From positions 1 to 48,891 of the forward strand of contig JBILQA010000001.1 of the NCBI GenBank assembly GCA_044373535.1: a stretch of 48,891 nucleotides of DNA, in the 5' to 3' direction. Made by a program: the position numbers and the translations under genes. Shown piece by piece: positions 27,679 to 37,028 of the stretch (within the stretch, counting starts at the first letter, position 1; the number at the start of each line of letters is the position of its first letter). The notes under the pieces are model-generated. The model had not been told where the DNA came from. It did no database searches and saw only the letters and a program-made list of their open reading frames with translations. This stretch comes from Akkermansiaceae bacterium. Lineage in GTDB: Bacteria > Verrucomicrobiota > Verrucomicrobiia > Verrucomicrobiales > Akkermansiaceae.

Positions 27679-28962
27679 ATGCCGCAGCTATTCGTCGATT
27701 GCTATTTCCGCGGGATGATGAAGATGGTTCTGGGGGATCCGGAGGCATCATTTTTCCGCGGGATCGACCGAGTGTCGCACGAGTACGGGCAGCGGCTTGC
27801 GGAGGGCGGAGGGTTTGGCGCGGTGGAATTGTTTGGCTCGCGCTTGCCTTCAGTGACCGCAGAGAGTTTTCGGACCGCCGGCGTCGGTTTTGGCATCATG
27901 GGTCCTGCGCGGCCGCAGATCAGGGAGAAGCTTCTCACGGCGGTCAACCGGCTGGATCGCCGGTTGGCGAGGGGGAGCCCAACGGTGGCCAAAGCGAGCC
28001 GCTTGAGCTGTGCACTGGCGAGGCGCCTGGCGGTGGCGGGAATGGACGGAGATCTGTTTTTGCCTGCGGAGGTGTCGCGTGGGGACGTGTGGCTAGCGAT
28101 GTGTTCACCGTTGACGCGGAAGATCCGCGCGCTGCCACTCAAGCGCGTGGTGATGTGCTACGACTTCAACCACGTGTACCATTTTCGCGAGATGGGCTTG
28201 GGCGCCCCGGTCGTGGATGTGCGTGGCAATCCGGCGCTCGACGCGCGCCCGGACGAGTGGGTGGTCTGCATCTCGGAGTATACCCGCAAGTGCTTCCTGC
28301 GCTACCATCCGGACTTTCCGCCTGAGCGCGTCCACGTGGTGCCGCTGGGCGCGGACATCGCGCAAATCGCCAAGCCGCGCGAGCCGGGCGAGGTGCTTGC
28401 CAGCCACGGCCTTGAGCCGGGAAAGTATTTCCTCACCCTTGCCGCCGGTGGAGCCCACAAGAACAGCGCCTACCTTATCGAAGAGTTTTTGCGCTGGGCG
28501 GCCGCTCCAACTGCGGACCCGGCGATCAAGCTTGTGCTCGTCGGCCTTGGTCAGAGCGGGCTGATGCCACGGTTGTCCCGTGGTGCACTGAGCGCCATTG
28601 AGGCGGGGCGGATTCTATTCACCGGGTTCCTTGCGGATGACCAATTGCCGGCACTTTACGGCAACACGAGGGCATTTGTTTTTGCTTCCTTGGCCGAGGG
28701 ATTCGGCTTGCCGCCCCTTGAGGCGATGCTTCACGGCGCGCCGGTGGTTTGCTCGAATTCGACAAGCCTGCCCGAGGTGGTGGGTGATGCGGGCCTGCTG
28801 TTTGATCCTGTCGCGCCCGGCGCGCTGGCCGCGCGGCTGACGGAGATCGCCAACGACAAAGCGCTTGGCGATGGGCTTGCGGCTCGCGGGAGGCAGCGCG
28901 CGGGCGAGTTCACCTGGGACCGATCCGCGGGCCGTTTGCGCGAGATCCTCCAGTCCCTCTAG
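27679..28962 (+). CDS. GT4-family glycosyltransferase
   Basis: Start at MPQLFVDCYF. EGFGLPPLEAMLHGAPVVCSNSTSLPEVVGDAG. Confidence 0.85.
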   Translation: MPQLFVDCYFRGMMKMVLGDPEASFFRGIDRVSHEYGQRLAEGGGFGAVELFGSRLPSVTAESFRTAGVGFGIMGPARPQIREKLLTAVNRLDRRLARGSPTVAKASRLSCALARRLAVAGMDGDLFLPAEVSRGDVWLAMCSPLTRKIRALPLKRVVMCYDFNHVYHFREMGLGAPVVDVRGNPALDARPDEWVVCISEYTRKCFLRYHPDFPPERVHVVPLGADIAQIAKPREPGEVLASHGLEPGKYFLTLAAGGAHKNSAYLIEEFLRWAAAPTADPAIKLVLVGLGQSGLMPRLSRGALSAIEAGRILFTGFLADDQLPALYGNTRAFVFASLAEGFGLPPLEAMLHGAPVVCSNSTSLPEVVGDAGLLFDPVAPGALAARLTEIANDKALGDGLAARGRQRAGEFTWDRSAGRLREILQSL

Positions 28963-29019
28963 CGAGGTTAAGCCGCCTTCCGATCCATGCTTCGAGCCCG
29001 AACCCTTGCATTGTAATTT

Positions 29020-30012
29020 ATGATCTTCGTTAAGCTTAAGTATTTTTTGCGCACCCGCCACCCTGCGGTGTTCCAGCGGCTTGTGTCGATGCGCTACTGC
29101 GGTCTGGGCAGGGAATGCCGGGCGCTGTGGCGGCGGCGTGAGGCGCGGCGCGTCATCCGCTCGAGCGCACCGTATTTTGCGATCCGCCTGTATGCGCGCT
29201 GCGGGTTTGGCGCGCTGCTCTCCCACACGCTCGACTACCTGCGCTATTGCGAGCTGCACAACTACCTGCCGGTGCTGGAGTTTCACAATCCACTGTATGC
29301 CGCCAAAGAGGGTGATGACTGGCTGCCGGAGTTTTTCACCGCGCAGGCGTCCAGCGTTCCCGACCGCGCCGCACTGCGATTTCTTGCGGTGGATACCTTC
29401 CGTGACTATGCGCGAAACGAGCTTGCCGGCGAGTTGTCTCTGCCGGAGGCCGCCGCGGTTTTCCGGCGCCACCTGACCATCAAGCGCGAGTGGCATGACG
29501 AGGTGGATGCCTTTGTGGCCGCCAACTTCCGCGGCCGGGTGCTGGGAGTACATTTCCGCGGGACGGACAAGTTTCTCGAGTCTGGCGCGCTCTCGCCTGA
29601 GGCATTCATGCAGGAGGTCGATAGGCAACTCGCAGAGGACCCCGGCATCGAAAGCGTCTTTGTGGGGACCGACGAGCCGGCGTTTCTGGAGTCCTTCACC
29701 AAACGCTTTGGCCATCTGCAGCTGTCGAACTACCATCTGGGTCCCCCGCTGAGTTCCGAGCGGCCGCGGCATCTTTCAAATTTTCCAGGGCCACTGCTGG
29801 CGCGCGAGGCGCTGGTGACCCTGTTGTTGTTTGCCCGCTGCGATGTGTGCGTGCGCACTTGCTCGCATCTCTCCGGTTGGTCGCGGGTCTTTAACCCGGA
29901 TCTGAAAACCGTGACACTCACGCTGGGCAAGCCAGAGACTCTCGGGTTTCCTGACCGCCAGATTGTCGCGGCCGAAAAGCGCGCCGTTCAGCGTGCCTTG
30001 CAGGGTGCCTAG
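29020..30012 (+). CDS. putative fucosyltransferase-like GT-B enzyme (NodZ/GT11/GT23-like motifs)
   Basis: ARCGFGALLSHTLDYLRYCELHNYLPVLEF (G-x-G plus partner helix), GVHFRGTDK (HxRxxD-like), and LLLFARCDVCVRTCSHLSGWS (C-terminal motif-III-like). Assigned by motif resemblance only. Confidence 0.4.
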   Translation: MIFVKLKYFLRTRHPAVFQRLVSMRYCGLGRECRALWRRREARRVIRSSAPYFAIRLYARCGFGALLSHTLDYLRYCELHNYLPVLEFHNPLYAAKEGDDWLPEFFTAQASSVPDRAALRFLAVDTFRDYARNELAGELSLPEAAAVFRRHLTIKREWHDEVDAFVAANFRGRVLGVHFRGTDKFLESGALSPEAFMQEVDRQLAEDPGIESVFVGTDEPAFLESFTKRFGHLQLSNYHLGPPLSSERPRHLSNFPGPLLAREALVTLLLFARCDVCVRTCSHLSGWSRVFNPDLKTVTLTLGKPETLGFPDRQIVAAEKRAVQRALQGA

Positions 30013-30046
30013 ATCTTCCCGCTCCACGGGGCGCAAAGAACAATCC

Positions 30047-31135
30047 ATGAAGCGAGTCGACCTCATTCCAGCACATCCGTCCTACGGCGGTATCTCGATG
30101 TTGCGTTACTGGCAGTTGCTGGCGGCAGCACGCCAGCCGGACGACCGCTACGATTTGGTGCCAGTGCTCAAAGGCAAGTACGAGGCCCACACGCTTGCGA
30201 GCGAGTCGAAGCTGCGGCGGGCCTTGATCCGCCGCGTTGGCTATCCGTTGTGGCTCAGGATGAGCCGGATCGGCCCCATTGCCCATGTGCTTGACCACAG
30301 CTGGGCGGATCTGCTCGCGCATCTCCCGCGCGCGACGCGCAAGGTGGTGACCGTCCACGATGTCATTCCGCTCTATCAACCTGAGCGCCTCAGCACGGCC
30401 CAGCAGGCGCGGTTTGCCACCACGGTGGGAATGATCCATCAGGCCGATGCAATCATCGCGGATTCAAATTATACCAAGGCGGACATTCTTAAGTATTTGA
30501 AAGTTCCTGAGGAGCGAATCCACGTCGTTGCTCCCGGAGTCCTTATGCCCAGCGTCGCGGAGCTTGAGCACGCCAGTGCCCAAGCGGAGCGCCTGCGGGT
30601 ACCCGGCACCTTGACGATCGGAAGCATTGGCGCGACGGGTGAGCGGAAAAACCTCGCCCTTTTTGCCGAGGCCATCGGCGGGCTCGCTGAGCGCCTCGGG
30701 ATGCCGGTGCGGTTGCTGCGCGCCGGCCACCCCTTGCCCGCGCCCCTTGCCGCGGCGATCCGGCGCAACGGCGGAGATGCCTCGCTCGTTGAGCTCGGCC
30801 GCCTGCGAGACGACGAGATCGGCGGGTTCTATCGGCAACTCGACGTGCTGGCGTGTCCCTCGCTGTTTGAAGGATTCGGTTTGCCCGTGCTTGAGGCAAT
30901 GGCTTGGGGGGTGCCCGTAGTCAGCAGTCACGGGGCGAGCCTCATGGAAGTCGGTGGTCAGGCAGCCATCTACTTTGATCCGCGCTCGGCGGCTGAATTC
31001 CAGGCCGCAGTTGAGAAGCTGCGTGACCCGGAAGTGGTTGCGCAGTGTGTCCGCCGAGGGCTTGAGCGCGCCGCCGAGCTTTCCTGGCGGCGCTCTCTGA
31101 CAGAGGTCTACCACGTCTATGACACCTTGAGCTAA
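30047..31135 (+). CDS. GT4-family glycosyltransferase
   Basis: Start at MKRVDLIP. EGFGLPVLEAMAWGVPVVSSHGASLMEVGG. Confidence 0.85.
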   Translation: MKRVDLIPAHPSYGGISMLRYWQLLAAARQPDDRYDLVPVLKGKYEAHTLASESKLRRALIRRVGYPLWLRMSRIGPIAHVLDHSWADLLAHLPRATRKVVTVHDVIPLYQPERLSTAQQARFATTVGMIHQADAIIADSNYTKADILKYLKVPEERIHVVAPGVLMPSVAELEHASAQAERLRVPGTLTIGSIGATGERKNLALFAEAIGGLAERLGMPVRLLRAGHPLPAPLAAAIRRNGGDASLVELGRLRDDEIGGFYRQLDVLACPSLFEGFGLPVLEAMAWGVPVVSSHGASLMEVGGQAAIYFDPRSAAEFQAAVEKLRDPEVVAQCVRRGLERAAELSWRRSLTEVYHVYDTLS

Positions 31136-31184
31136 AGCTAGAGGTGACGCCAGCCATGTTCCCGCCTACCCTGCGCGCAGCGAA

Positions 31185-32765
31185 ATGAACGGACGAAAAA
31201 TTATTGAGACGGTCTTTTTGATCCTCTCGCTCGCGGCGGTGCTTTGGCTGGTGACCACGGTGACCACGCTGCCAGGCATCATCCAAGTGGTGCTGTTGGT
31301 CATGCTCATCATGGGAACGACGATTTACTTCGTCTATCCGACGCTGCCGTTTGACTTCAAATTTCTAGCGCTGCTGCTGCTGGGCTGCGCGTTGCTCGGC
31401 AAGGGGTTTTCCTACCTTTCGCCAGTGGAGCCGATCTATATCGCCGAAGTCACTCTCATGCTGTGTCTTGTGGGGATGCTCCTGCGCTGGCTCAGCGGGC
31501 AGGGGTTTGTTCTCACCCCGGCGCATGGGGTTGTTTTCATCTGGATGGCGGTGGTTGGGTGTTACCTGTTTGATGGGTTTCCGAAGTTTGGCAAGCTGGC
31601 CCTGCGGGACAGCGCGATGGGTTATTACGGGTTATTTTTCTTTGCCGCGTTTACCATTTTCCAGCGCGAGCGAGCGATGAAGGCCTTCGGCACGTTAGTC
31701 CGCTGGATGCTGTTGTTCGGCTGGATCGGGGCGGTCTATCTCATGGCAATGGCGCATTTCGGACCGCTGTCATGGCCCATGGCCGGCCTTGTGCTGCCGC
31801 AGCCTGACACCTATTTGCCGCTGATTAGTGGCTTTGCGGCGACCTGCTTTATCCTCGGCGCGGCGCGCAAAAAGCCGGTCTTCTTCGTCCTCGGGATCGC
31901 GGCGACGCTCTTGTTGTTAGGCAATAAGACCGCGGGAATCTTCTCATTTGGCTGCGTGATGCTGTTCCTAGTGATCTTTGCGAGGAGGATTGAGCTGCTG
32001 GTTGCCGGGTTGGCGACCGGAGTGGTGGCGGTGCTTGTTTCAGCGATCATGATTTCCGCGGAATCGAAGTTTTTCGAGGAAGTCATCATGAAGAGTGACC
32101 AGGTACAAACGGTCATTGACGTTGGTGATGCGGGCTACGAACACGGCTCAGGGAATGATTCCACGTCGGACTGGCGGGTGACATGGTGGAAATTCATCAT
32201 TGCCGACACGATGGCGGAATCGCCGATGTTCGGCATGGGACTCGGCGCGGACATCACCGGGCACTTCACCGAGATGGTTTTGGGGCGCAGCAACGTTTCG
32301 GACTACGCGCGATACCCGCACTCGATTCTTTTCACCGTCTTTGGCCGGATGGGATTTTTGGGGCTTGCGGTGTTCTTGGGGTATTTTGGTTTTGTGCTGG
32401 TGTTTGCGGCGAAGTTTGCGCGGCGCCACTTTGTTGGCGGGGAGATCGACACGAACGCCTTGGTGATCTTCTCGGTGTTTTTAGGCGGCTTGGCCAACTC
32501 GCTCGTGCAGGCGACCTATGAGGCGCCGTATGCTGCGGTTCAGCACTGGGTATGCTTGGCTTATCTCGTAGCCTATCATCATCGCTATGGCCGGCGACCG
32601 CGGCTGCTGGTTCTCATGGAATCTGCGCCGAGCGCAGTGGTGGCTCCGCGGCGTGAGCGGCGTGAGCGGCCGCCGGTGGACGGCGAGCGCGCGGCGCCGC
32701 GTTGGACGGCGGACGACTGCGCGAACCGCCAGATAACCGTGGCGCACGCTGCGGATCTCCCTTAG
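31185..32765 (+). CDS. Wzy / O-antigen-ligase-family polytopic membrane protein (candidate polymerase)
   Basis: At least 10 hydrophobic segments. Periplasmic-loop region WRVTWWKFIIADTMAESPMFGMGLGA and YPHSILFTVFGRMGFLG (Wzy_C-like His motif). Arg/Pro-rich soluble tail. Confidence 0.7.
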   Translation: MNGRKIIETVFLILSLAAVLWLVTTVTTLPGIIQVVLLVMLIMGTTIYFVYPTLPFDFKFLALLLLGCALLGKGFSYLSPVEPIYIAEVTLMLCLVGMLLRWLSGQGFVLTPAHGVVFIWMAVVGCYLFDGFPKFGKLALRDSAMGYYGLFFFAAFTIFQRERAMKAFGTLVRWMLLFGWIGAVYLMAMAHFGPLSWPMAGLVLPQPDTYLPLISGFAATCFILGAARKKPVFFVLGIAATLLLLGNKTAGIFSFGCVMLFLVIFARRIELLVAGLATGVVAVLVSAIMISAESKFFEEVIMKSDQVQTVIDVGDAGYEHGSGNDSTSDWRVTWWKFIIADTMAESPMFGMGLGADITGHFTEMVLGRSNVSDYARYPHSILFTVFGRMGFLGLAVFLGYFGFVLVFAAKFARRHFVGGEIDTNALVIFSVFLGGLANSLVQATYEAPYAAVQHWVCLAYLVAYHHRYGRRPRLLVLMESAPSAVVAPRRERRERPPVDGERAAPRWTADDCANRQITVAHAADLP

Positions 32766-32772
32766 GGACAAG

Positions 32773-33882
32773 ATGGAAGCGCAGCTAAGGATCGCCGCGT
32801 ATTTGGCGGATCAGAACCAAGGCGACGGCCGGAGTCTGGGGATTTCGCGGATGTCGCTGCTGGTGCTGGAGGCCCTGGCGCGACGCGGGGAGGTCTCGAT
32901 GGAGGTGCTGGCATCAAAGACTTCCGAGCAAGGGCCGCGGAATAGAGCGAGCATTGAAGTCTGGCCGTGGGGGACGCGCTCCAGGGTGATGCGCGTGCTT
33001 ACCGACAACCTGCATCCGCTATTGCCATCGAGGATGCCGCGGCCGGATCTTTATTATTACCCGAAGGGATTTTTGCCGCGCTTTGGCGGCGGGAGAACTC
33101 CAACGGTGGTGACGGTTCACGATGCGATCATTCAGCATTATGCTGAAAACTATCCGGCCAGTCGGCATCCGCTGGACTATTCCTACTGGACCGAAAGTTT
33201 GAAATTCTCGCTGCAGCGCGCGAGCGCGGTCTTCACCGTGTCAGAGACGGCGAAAGGGCAGATCGAGCGGTTTATGCGCCTCCACGGGCTTGGCCCGCGG
33301 GACATCCGCGTCACCTATGAGCCGTGTGCGTATGAAGCAACCGAGCAGCCGCTGGATCCCCCCAAGGGGGGCTATGCGCTCCACCTGTGCTCAACCGAGC
33401 CGCATAAGATGACCGCGCCGCTCGTCGAATGGTGGCTTGGATCCGCCCAGCAGATGCCCCTGCACTTGGTTGGCGCCATCAGCAAGGACATCGCCGCGCT
33501 TATCGCTGGGCGCAGCCAGGTGATTAAATTTCCGTTTTTGTCCGATGCGCAGCTCGAGGAGCAGATCCGGGCGGCCAATGTGTTGGTGCTGCCATCCGAG
33601 ATCGAGGGGTTTGGCCTGCCGGGCATCGAAGCGTACTATCTGGGCACTCCCGTGTGCCATGTTGAGGAAACCTCCGTGGCCGAAATCCTTGAGCACGCAA
33701 CCCGCAAAGGGCGCTTCTCGCTGGACGCCTGGGAGAGCCTTCAGCACGCTCTGGACGAATGCTTGGCGATGAGTTCCGGAGAAATTCACGCGGTCGGTCT
33801 GGCGCTGCGCAGACGCTACGCGACTGAGGCCGTGGTTGACTCGATGCTGCAAGGATTCCGCGAAGTTGTCGGCAGCCAATGA
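32773..33882 (+). CDS. GT4-family glycosyltransferase
   Basis: LVLPSEIEGFGLPGIEAYYLGTPVCHVEETSVAEIL. Confidence 0.8.
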   Translation: MEAQLRIAAYLADQNQGDGRSLGISRMSLLVLEALARRGEVSMEVLASKTSEQGPRNRASIEVWPWGTRSRVMRVLTDNLHPLLPSRMPRPDLYYYPKGFLPRFGGGRTPTVVTVHDAIIQHYAENYPASRHPLDYSYWTESLKFSLQRASAVFTVSETAKGQIERFMRLHGLGPRDIRVTYEPCAYEATEQPLDPPKGGYALHLCSTEPHKMTAPLVEWWLGSAQQMPLHLVGAISKDIAALIAGRSQVIKFPFLSDAQLEEQIRAANVLVLPSEIEGFGLPGIEAYYLGTPVCHVEETSVAEILEHATRKGRFSLDAWESLQHALDECLAMSSGEIHAVGLALRRRYATEAVVDSMLQGFREVVGSQ

Positions 33883-34027
33883 CCCCAGTGGGCAAGCGGC
33901 CTGTTTGAAATGTGATTTTAGATTGCCACTGCGCGCTGAGCGTTCACCATCCATTCCTCTAATTAATCAAGAGGACTTTCCCAAAGCCGCCGGGTGCCAC
34001 CGGCGGGCTGCCTGCAAAACTTGCCCG

Positions 34028-35455
34028 ATGTCGACGCCGCGTCACCGCTCCTTCACTATCCAGCTGCTCCAAATCACGGACATGCTGTTGGTCGTCGTGG
34101 CTTTTGTGGCGGCGGTGATGCTGCGCAATCCTGTGAGTGATTTGGCCGACTGGATCCTCGCCTGGTTCGGTGAGGAGATTTGGCGTCAGGAAGCGGTGCT
34201 GGCCAACTTTTACGAGATGATTCTCGTGTTGATGCCCTTCACGCCGCTGGTGCTTGAGGCGATGGGCTTCTACAAATCCGAGCGCAAGCCATTGCGCGTT
34301 TCGCTCTGGCAGATGATGCGCGCCATGGTGGTGCTGGGCGCGGGGGTGGGGATCCTGGTGGTGTTTTTCAAGTTTCCGCTGCTGAACCGTTCGGTTTTGG
34401 GCGTGGCTGCGCTGCTCTCCTGCGGGCTGATTCTTGCACGTGACCGGATGGCCGTGGCGTGGGCGCGGCGGCGCATGGTGCGTGAGAACCTCAAGGAGTC
34501 CATCGTCTTGGCTGGACGCCCGGACGACGTTGCCGAGTTGCTTGGTCAGCTTCCCGAGGAGGTTACTGGCTATTGGCGGGTGGTTGGACACATTGACCCA
34601 AATGAGGAAGGGTGGGACGCGCTGAACCGGATGCTGGATGACGGCGCGGTTGAGCGGGTCGTCTTTGCGCCAAAGAACACGCCGTTTAAGAAACTCGCGG
34701 AAGCGATCGAGATCTGTGAAGTGCGCGGCATCGAAGCGTGGGTGGCAGCCAGCTTCATTCAGACGCAGGTGGCCCGGCCGACGTTTGATTTGTTGGGTGG
34801 AAAGCCGATGCTGGTACTGCGCTCGACGCCGGAGTTGTCCTGGGAGCTTTTCGTCAAAGGGGTCTTTGACCGCCTCTGCGCGATGGTGATGATCATCGTT
34901 GCGCTGCCGGTGTGGGTGCCGGCGATCATCGGCATCATGATTGCGAGCCCAGGCGCGCCGGTCTGGTACTCGCAGCAACGCGTCGGACGGTATGGCAAGA
35001 CGTTCCGGATGTGGAAGCTGCGCACGATGGTGGCCAACGCGGAGGATCTTCTCCAAGAGATCAAGCAAGAGCATGGCAACGAGATGGGTGGGCCGGTCTT
35101 TAAACTTGAGCGCGATCCGCGGGTGTTTCCATTTGGCGCGCTGTTGCGCCGCCTAAGCATTGATGAACTCCCGCAGCTCATCAACGTGCTGCGCGGAGAG
35201 ATGAGCATCGTTGGCCCGCGGCCGTTGCCGACCTACGAGGTGGAGGCGTTCGAGCGCTCCGAGCACCGCCGCCGCCTAAGCATCAAGCCGGGGATGACCT
35301 GCATCTGGCAGGTCAGCGGGCGCAATAAAATCTGCAGCTTCGACGAATGGGTCAGGATGGACCTCGAGTACATCGACCGCTGGTCGCTCTGGTTGGACGT
35401 CAAAATCTTATTCAAAACCGTGCCCGCCGTGCTGCTGGCAAAAGGCGCCAAGTAA
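34028..35455 (+). CDS. priming polyprenyl-phosphate glycosylphosphotransferase (WcaJ/EpsB-type bacterial sugar transferase)
   Basis: Start at MSTPRHRSF. N-terminal TM segments, a central Rossmann-like region, and a C-terminal domain with SPGAPVWYSQQRVGRYGKTFRMWKLRTM, DELPQLINVLRGEMSIVGPRP and KPGMTCIWQVSGRN. Confidence 0.9.
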   Translation: MSTPRHRSFTIQLLQITDMLLVVVAFVAAVMLRNPVSDLADWILAWFGEEIWRQEAVLANFYEMILVLMPFTPLVLEAMGFYKSERKPLRVSLWQMMRAMVVLGAGVGILVVFFKFPLLNRSVLGVAALLSCGLILARDRMAVAWARRRMVRENLKESIVLAGRPDDVAELLGQLPEEVTGYWRVVGHIDPNEEGWDALNRMLDDGAVERVVFAPKNTPFKKLAEAIEICEVRGIEAWVAASFIQTQVARPTFDLLGGKPMLVLRSTPELSWELFVKGVFDRLCAMVMIIVALPVWVPAIIGIMIASPGAPVWYSQQRVGRYGKTFRMWKLRTMVANAEDLLQEIKQEHGNEMGGPVFKLERDPRVFPFGALLRRLSIDELPQLINVLRGEMSIVGPRPLPTYEVEAFERSEHRRRLSIKPGMTCIWQVSGRNKICSFDEWVRMDLEYIDRWSLWLDVKILFKTVPAVLLAKGAK

Positions 35456-35456
35456 C

Positions 35457-35861
35457 ATGGCCGCAAAGACCAGAATTGTTCTGACCTATGGGACCTACGA
35501 CCTGCTGCACCCGGGGCATATTCATTTGCTCCGGCGTGCCAAGGCGCTCGGGGACTTTTTGATCGTGGGTCTATCGTCGGACCGGTTTAATGCGGTGAAG
35601 GGGAAGGATGCCTACTATCCCTATGCCCAGCGCAAGGTGGTCGTGGAGGCGCTGCGTGATGTGGACTTGGTGATTCCCGAGAATGATTGGGACCAGAAAG
35701 TCCGCGATGTGCAGGAATATGCCGTGGACGTCTTCGTCATGGGGGCCGACTGGGAGGGCAAGTTCGATTTCCTGCGGGAGTGGTGCGAGGTGGTTTATCT
35801 GCCGCGCACCGAGGGGATCTCAACCACTCAAATAAAGAACGATTTTGCCACCGGCGGCTAA
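35457..35861 (+). CDS. tagD: glycerol-3-phosphate cytidylyltransferase
   Basis: VLTYGTYDLLHPGHIHLLRRAK (HxGH), and RTEGISTTQIK. 134 aa. Confidence 0.9.
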   Translation: MAAKTRIVLTYGTYDLLHPGHIHLLRRAKALGDFLIVGLSSDRFNAVKGKDAYYPYAQRKVVVEALRDVDLVIPENDWDQKVRDVQEYAVDVFVMGADWEGKFDFLREWCEVVYLPRTEGISTTQIKNDFATGG

Positions 35862-35879
35862 GGTGCCGGTGGCGCGGGA

Positions 35880-37028
35880 ATGATGAGAAACCTAGCCATA
35901 GAGCTTATCCGGGTGGGCTTCAATGCGGTCCACCGGTGGCTGCCGAAGTGCGACTATGCCATTGTGTATGGCTGGCCGGACTTCGAGGACAACGTGCTCG
36001 CGTTGCAGCGCGAGCTCCAAGCGAGTCGGCTGCGGCGGGTGATCTTGTTTGTCTCCGCGGCCAAGCCGGCGACGACCTATGCCTTGGAGGCCAAGGTGAA
36101 GGTGGTGCGCAAGGATAGCCTTGTTGGGGTGGGGTACTTCCTTTTTGCGCGCTATGTGTTTTTCACGCACCGCTGTTTTGTTCGGCAGTTTCCAGCCAAT
36201 GTGGTGGCAATCAATGTCTGGCACGGGATGCCGATGAAGCGCATCGGTTGGATGCTTGAGGAGGGAGATGCCATCAGTGCCAACTATGCGCTGGCCACCT
36301 CGGAGTTCTGGCGGCCGATCATGGAGGAGTCGATGCGCCCGACGGAGAAGGTTCTCACCACCGGGTTGCCGCGCAACGACCGGCTGTGGGCCGTGCCGGC
36401 GGACTTGTGGCCCCGCCTGGGGGCGCCGGCTGCCGCTAAGTGTGAGCGCATAGTGGTTTGGCTGCCAACCTACCGCCACAGTGTCGTCGGCAAGCGGCGC
36501 AACGATGGCCACGAGACTGGCAGCGTGTTTGGGATCGAAGGGATTGGTGTGGACGACTTCAACGAGTTTCTGCGTCAGCGCAATGCGTTTGGCATCGTGA
36601 AGCCCCACCCGATGGCGAGGTTTGAGGGCCGGAAGGATCTCAGCCATTTGCGGGTGATCAACGACGAGCAATTGCGGGACTGTGGGGTATCGCTGTATGA
36701 GGTCCTTGGCGCAAGTGATGTGCTAATAACTGACATCTCAAGTGTTTACATCGATTACCTGCTGCTGGACCGGCCGATCATCCACAGTTTCGCGGACATG
36801 GCGCAGTACGATGCATCACGTGGGTTCTCGGTCTCACCGGTGGAGGATTATTTTGCCGGCCCGCTGGTGACCGATGCGGAGGAATTGCTGGGCAAGCTCG
36901 GGAGCATCCTTGCGGGTGAGGATGAGGATGCGGACAAGCGCCGAGCGCTGGGTGCGCTGTTTCATCGCCATCATGATGCCGGAGCTGCGCGCCGATTGCT
37001 CGAGGAACTAGGGCTAAGTTCATCGTGA
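35880..37028 (+). CDS. CDP-glycerol glycerophosphotransferase (TagB/TagF family)
   Basis: WHGMPMKRIG, VWLPTYRHS, IVKPHPMARF, and LITDISSVYIDYLLLDRPIIHSFAD. Confidence 0.8.
   Translation: MMRNLAIELIRVGFNAVHRWLPKCDYAIVYGWPDFEDNVLALQRELQASRLRRVILFVSAAKPATTYALEAKVKVVRKDSLVGVGYFLFARYVFFTHRCFVRQFPANVVAINVWHGMPMKRIGWMLEEGDAISANYALATSEFWRPIMEESMRPTEKVLTTGLPRNDRLWAVPADLWPRLGAPAAAKCERIVVWLPTYRHSVVGKRRNDGHETGSVFGIEGIGVDDFNEFLRQRNAFGIVKPHPMARFEGRKDLSHLRVINDEQLRDCGVSLYEVLGASDVLITDISSVYIDYLLLDRPIIHSFADMAQYDASRGFSVSPVEDYFAGPLVTDAEELLGKLGSILAGEDEDADKRRALGALFHRHHDAGAARRLLEELGLSSS

Noticed and set aside
29030-29039. TTAAGCTTAA 10-bp palindrome at the 5' end of the 29020 gene
   Set aside because: It is a short A/T palindrome inside the coding sequence with no second copy. 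It is most simply a chance occurrence.
28615-29772. 385-aa minus-strand ORF. The same applies to 33959-35074, 13184-14017, 35892-36671 and 45597-46541.
   Set aside because: All lie opposite genes with clear family motifs (GT4, PGT, GT26/cysC, TagF-like, cdaA/folP) and have Arg/Pro-rich low-complexity translations.
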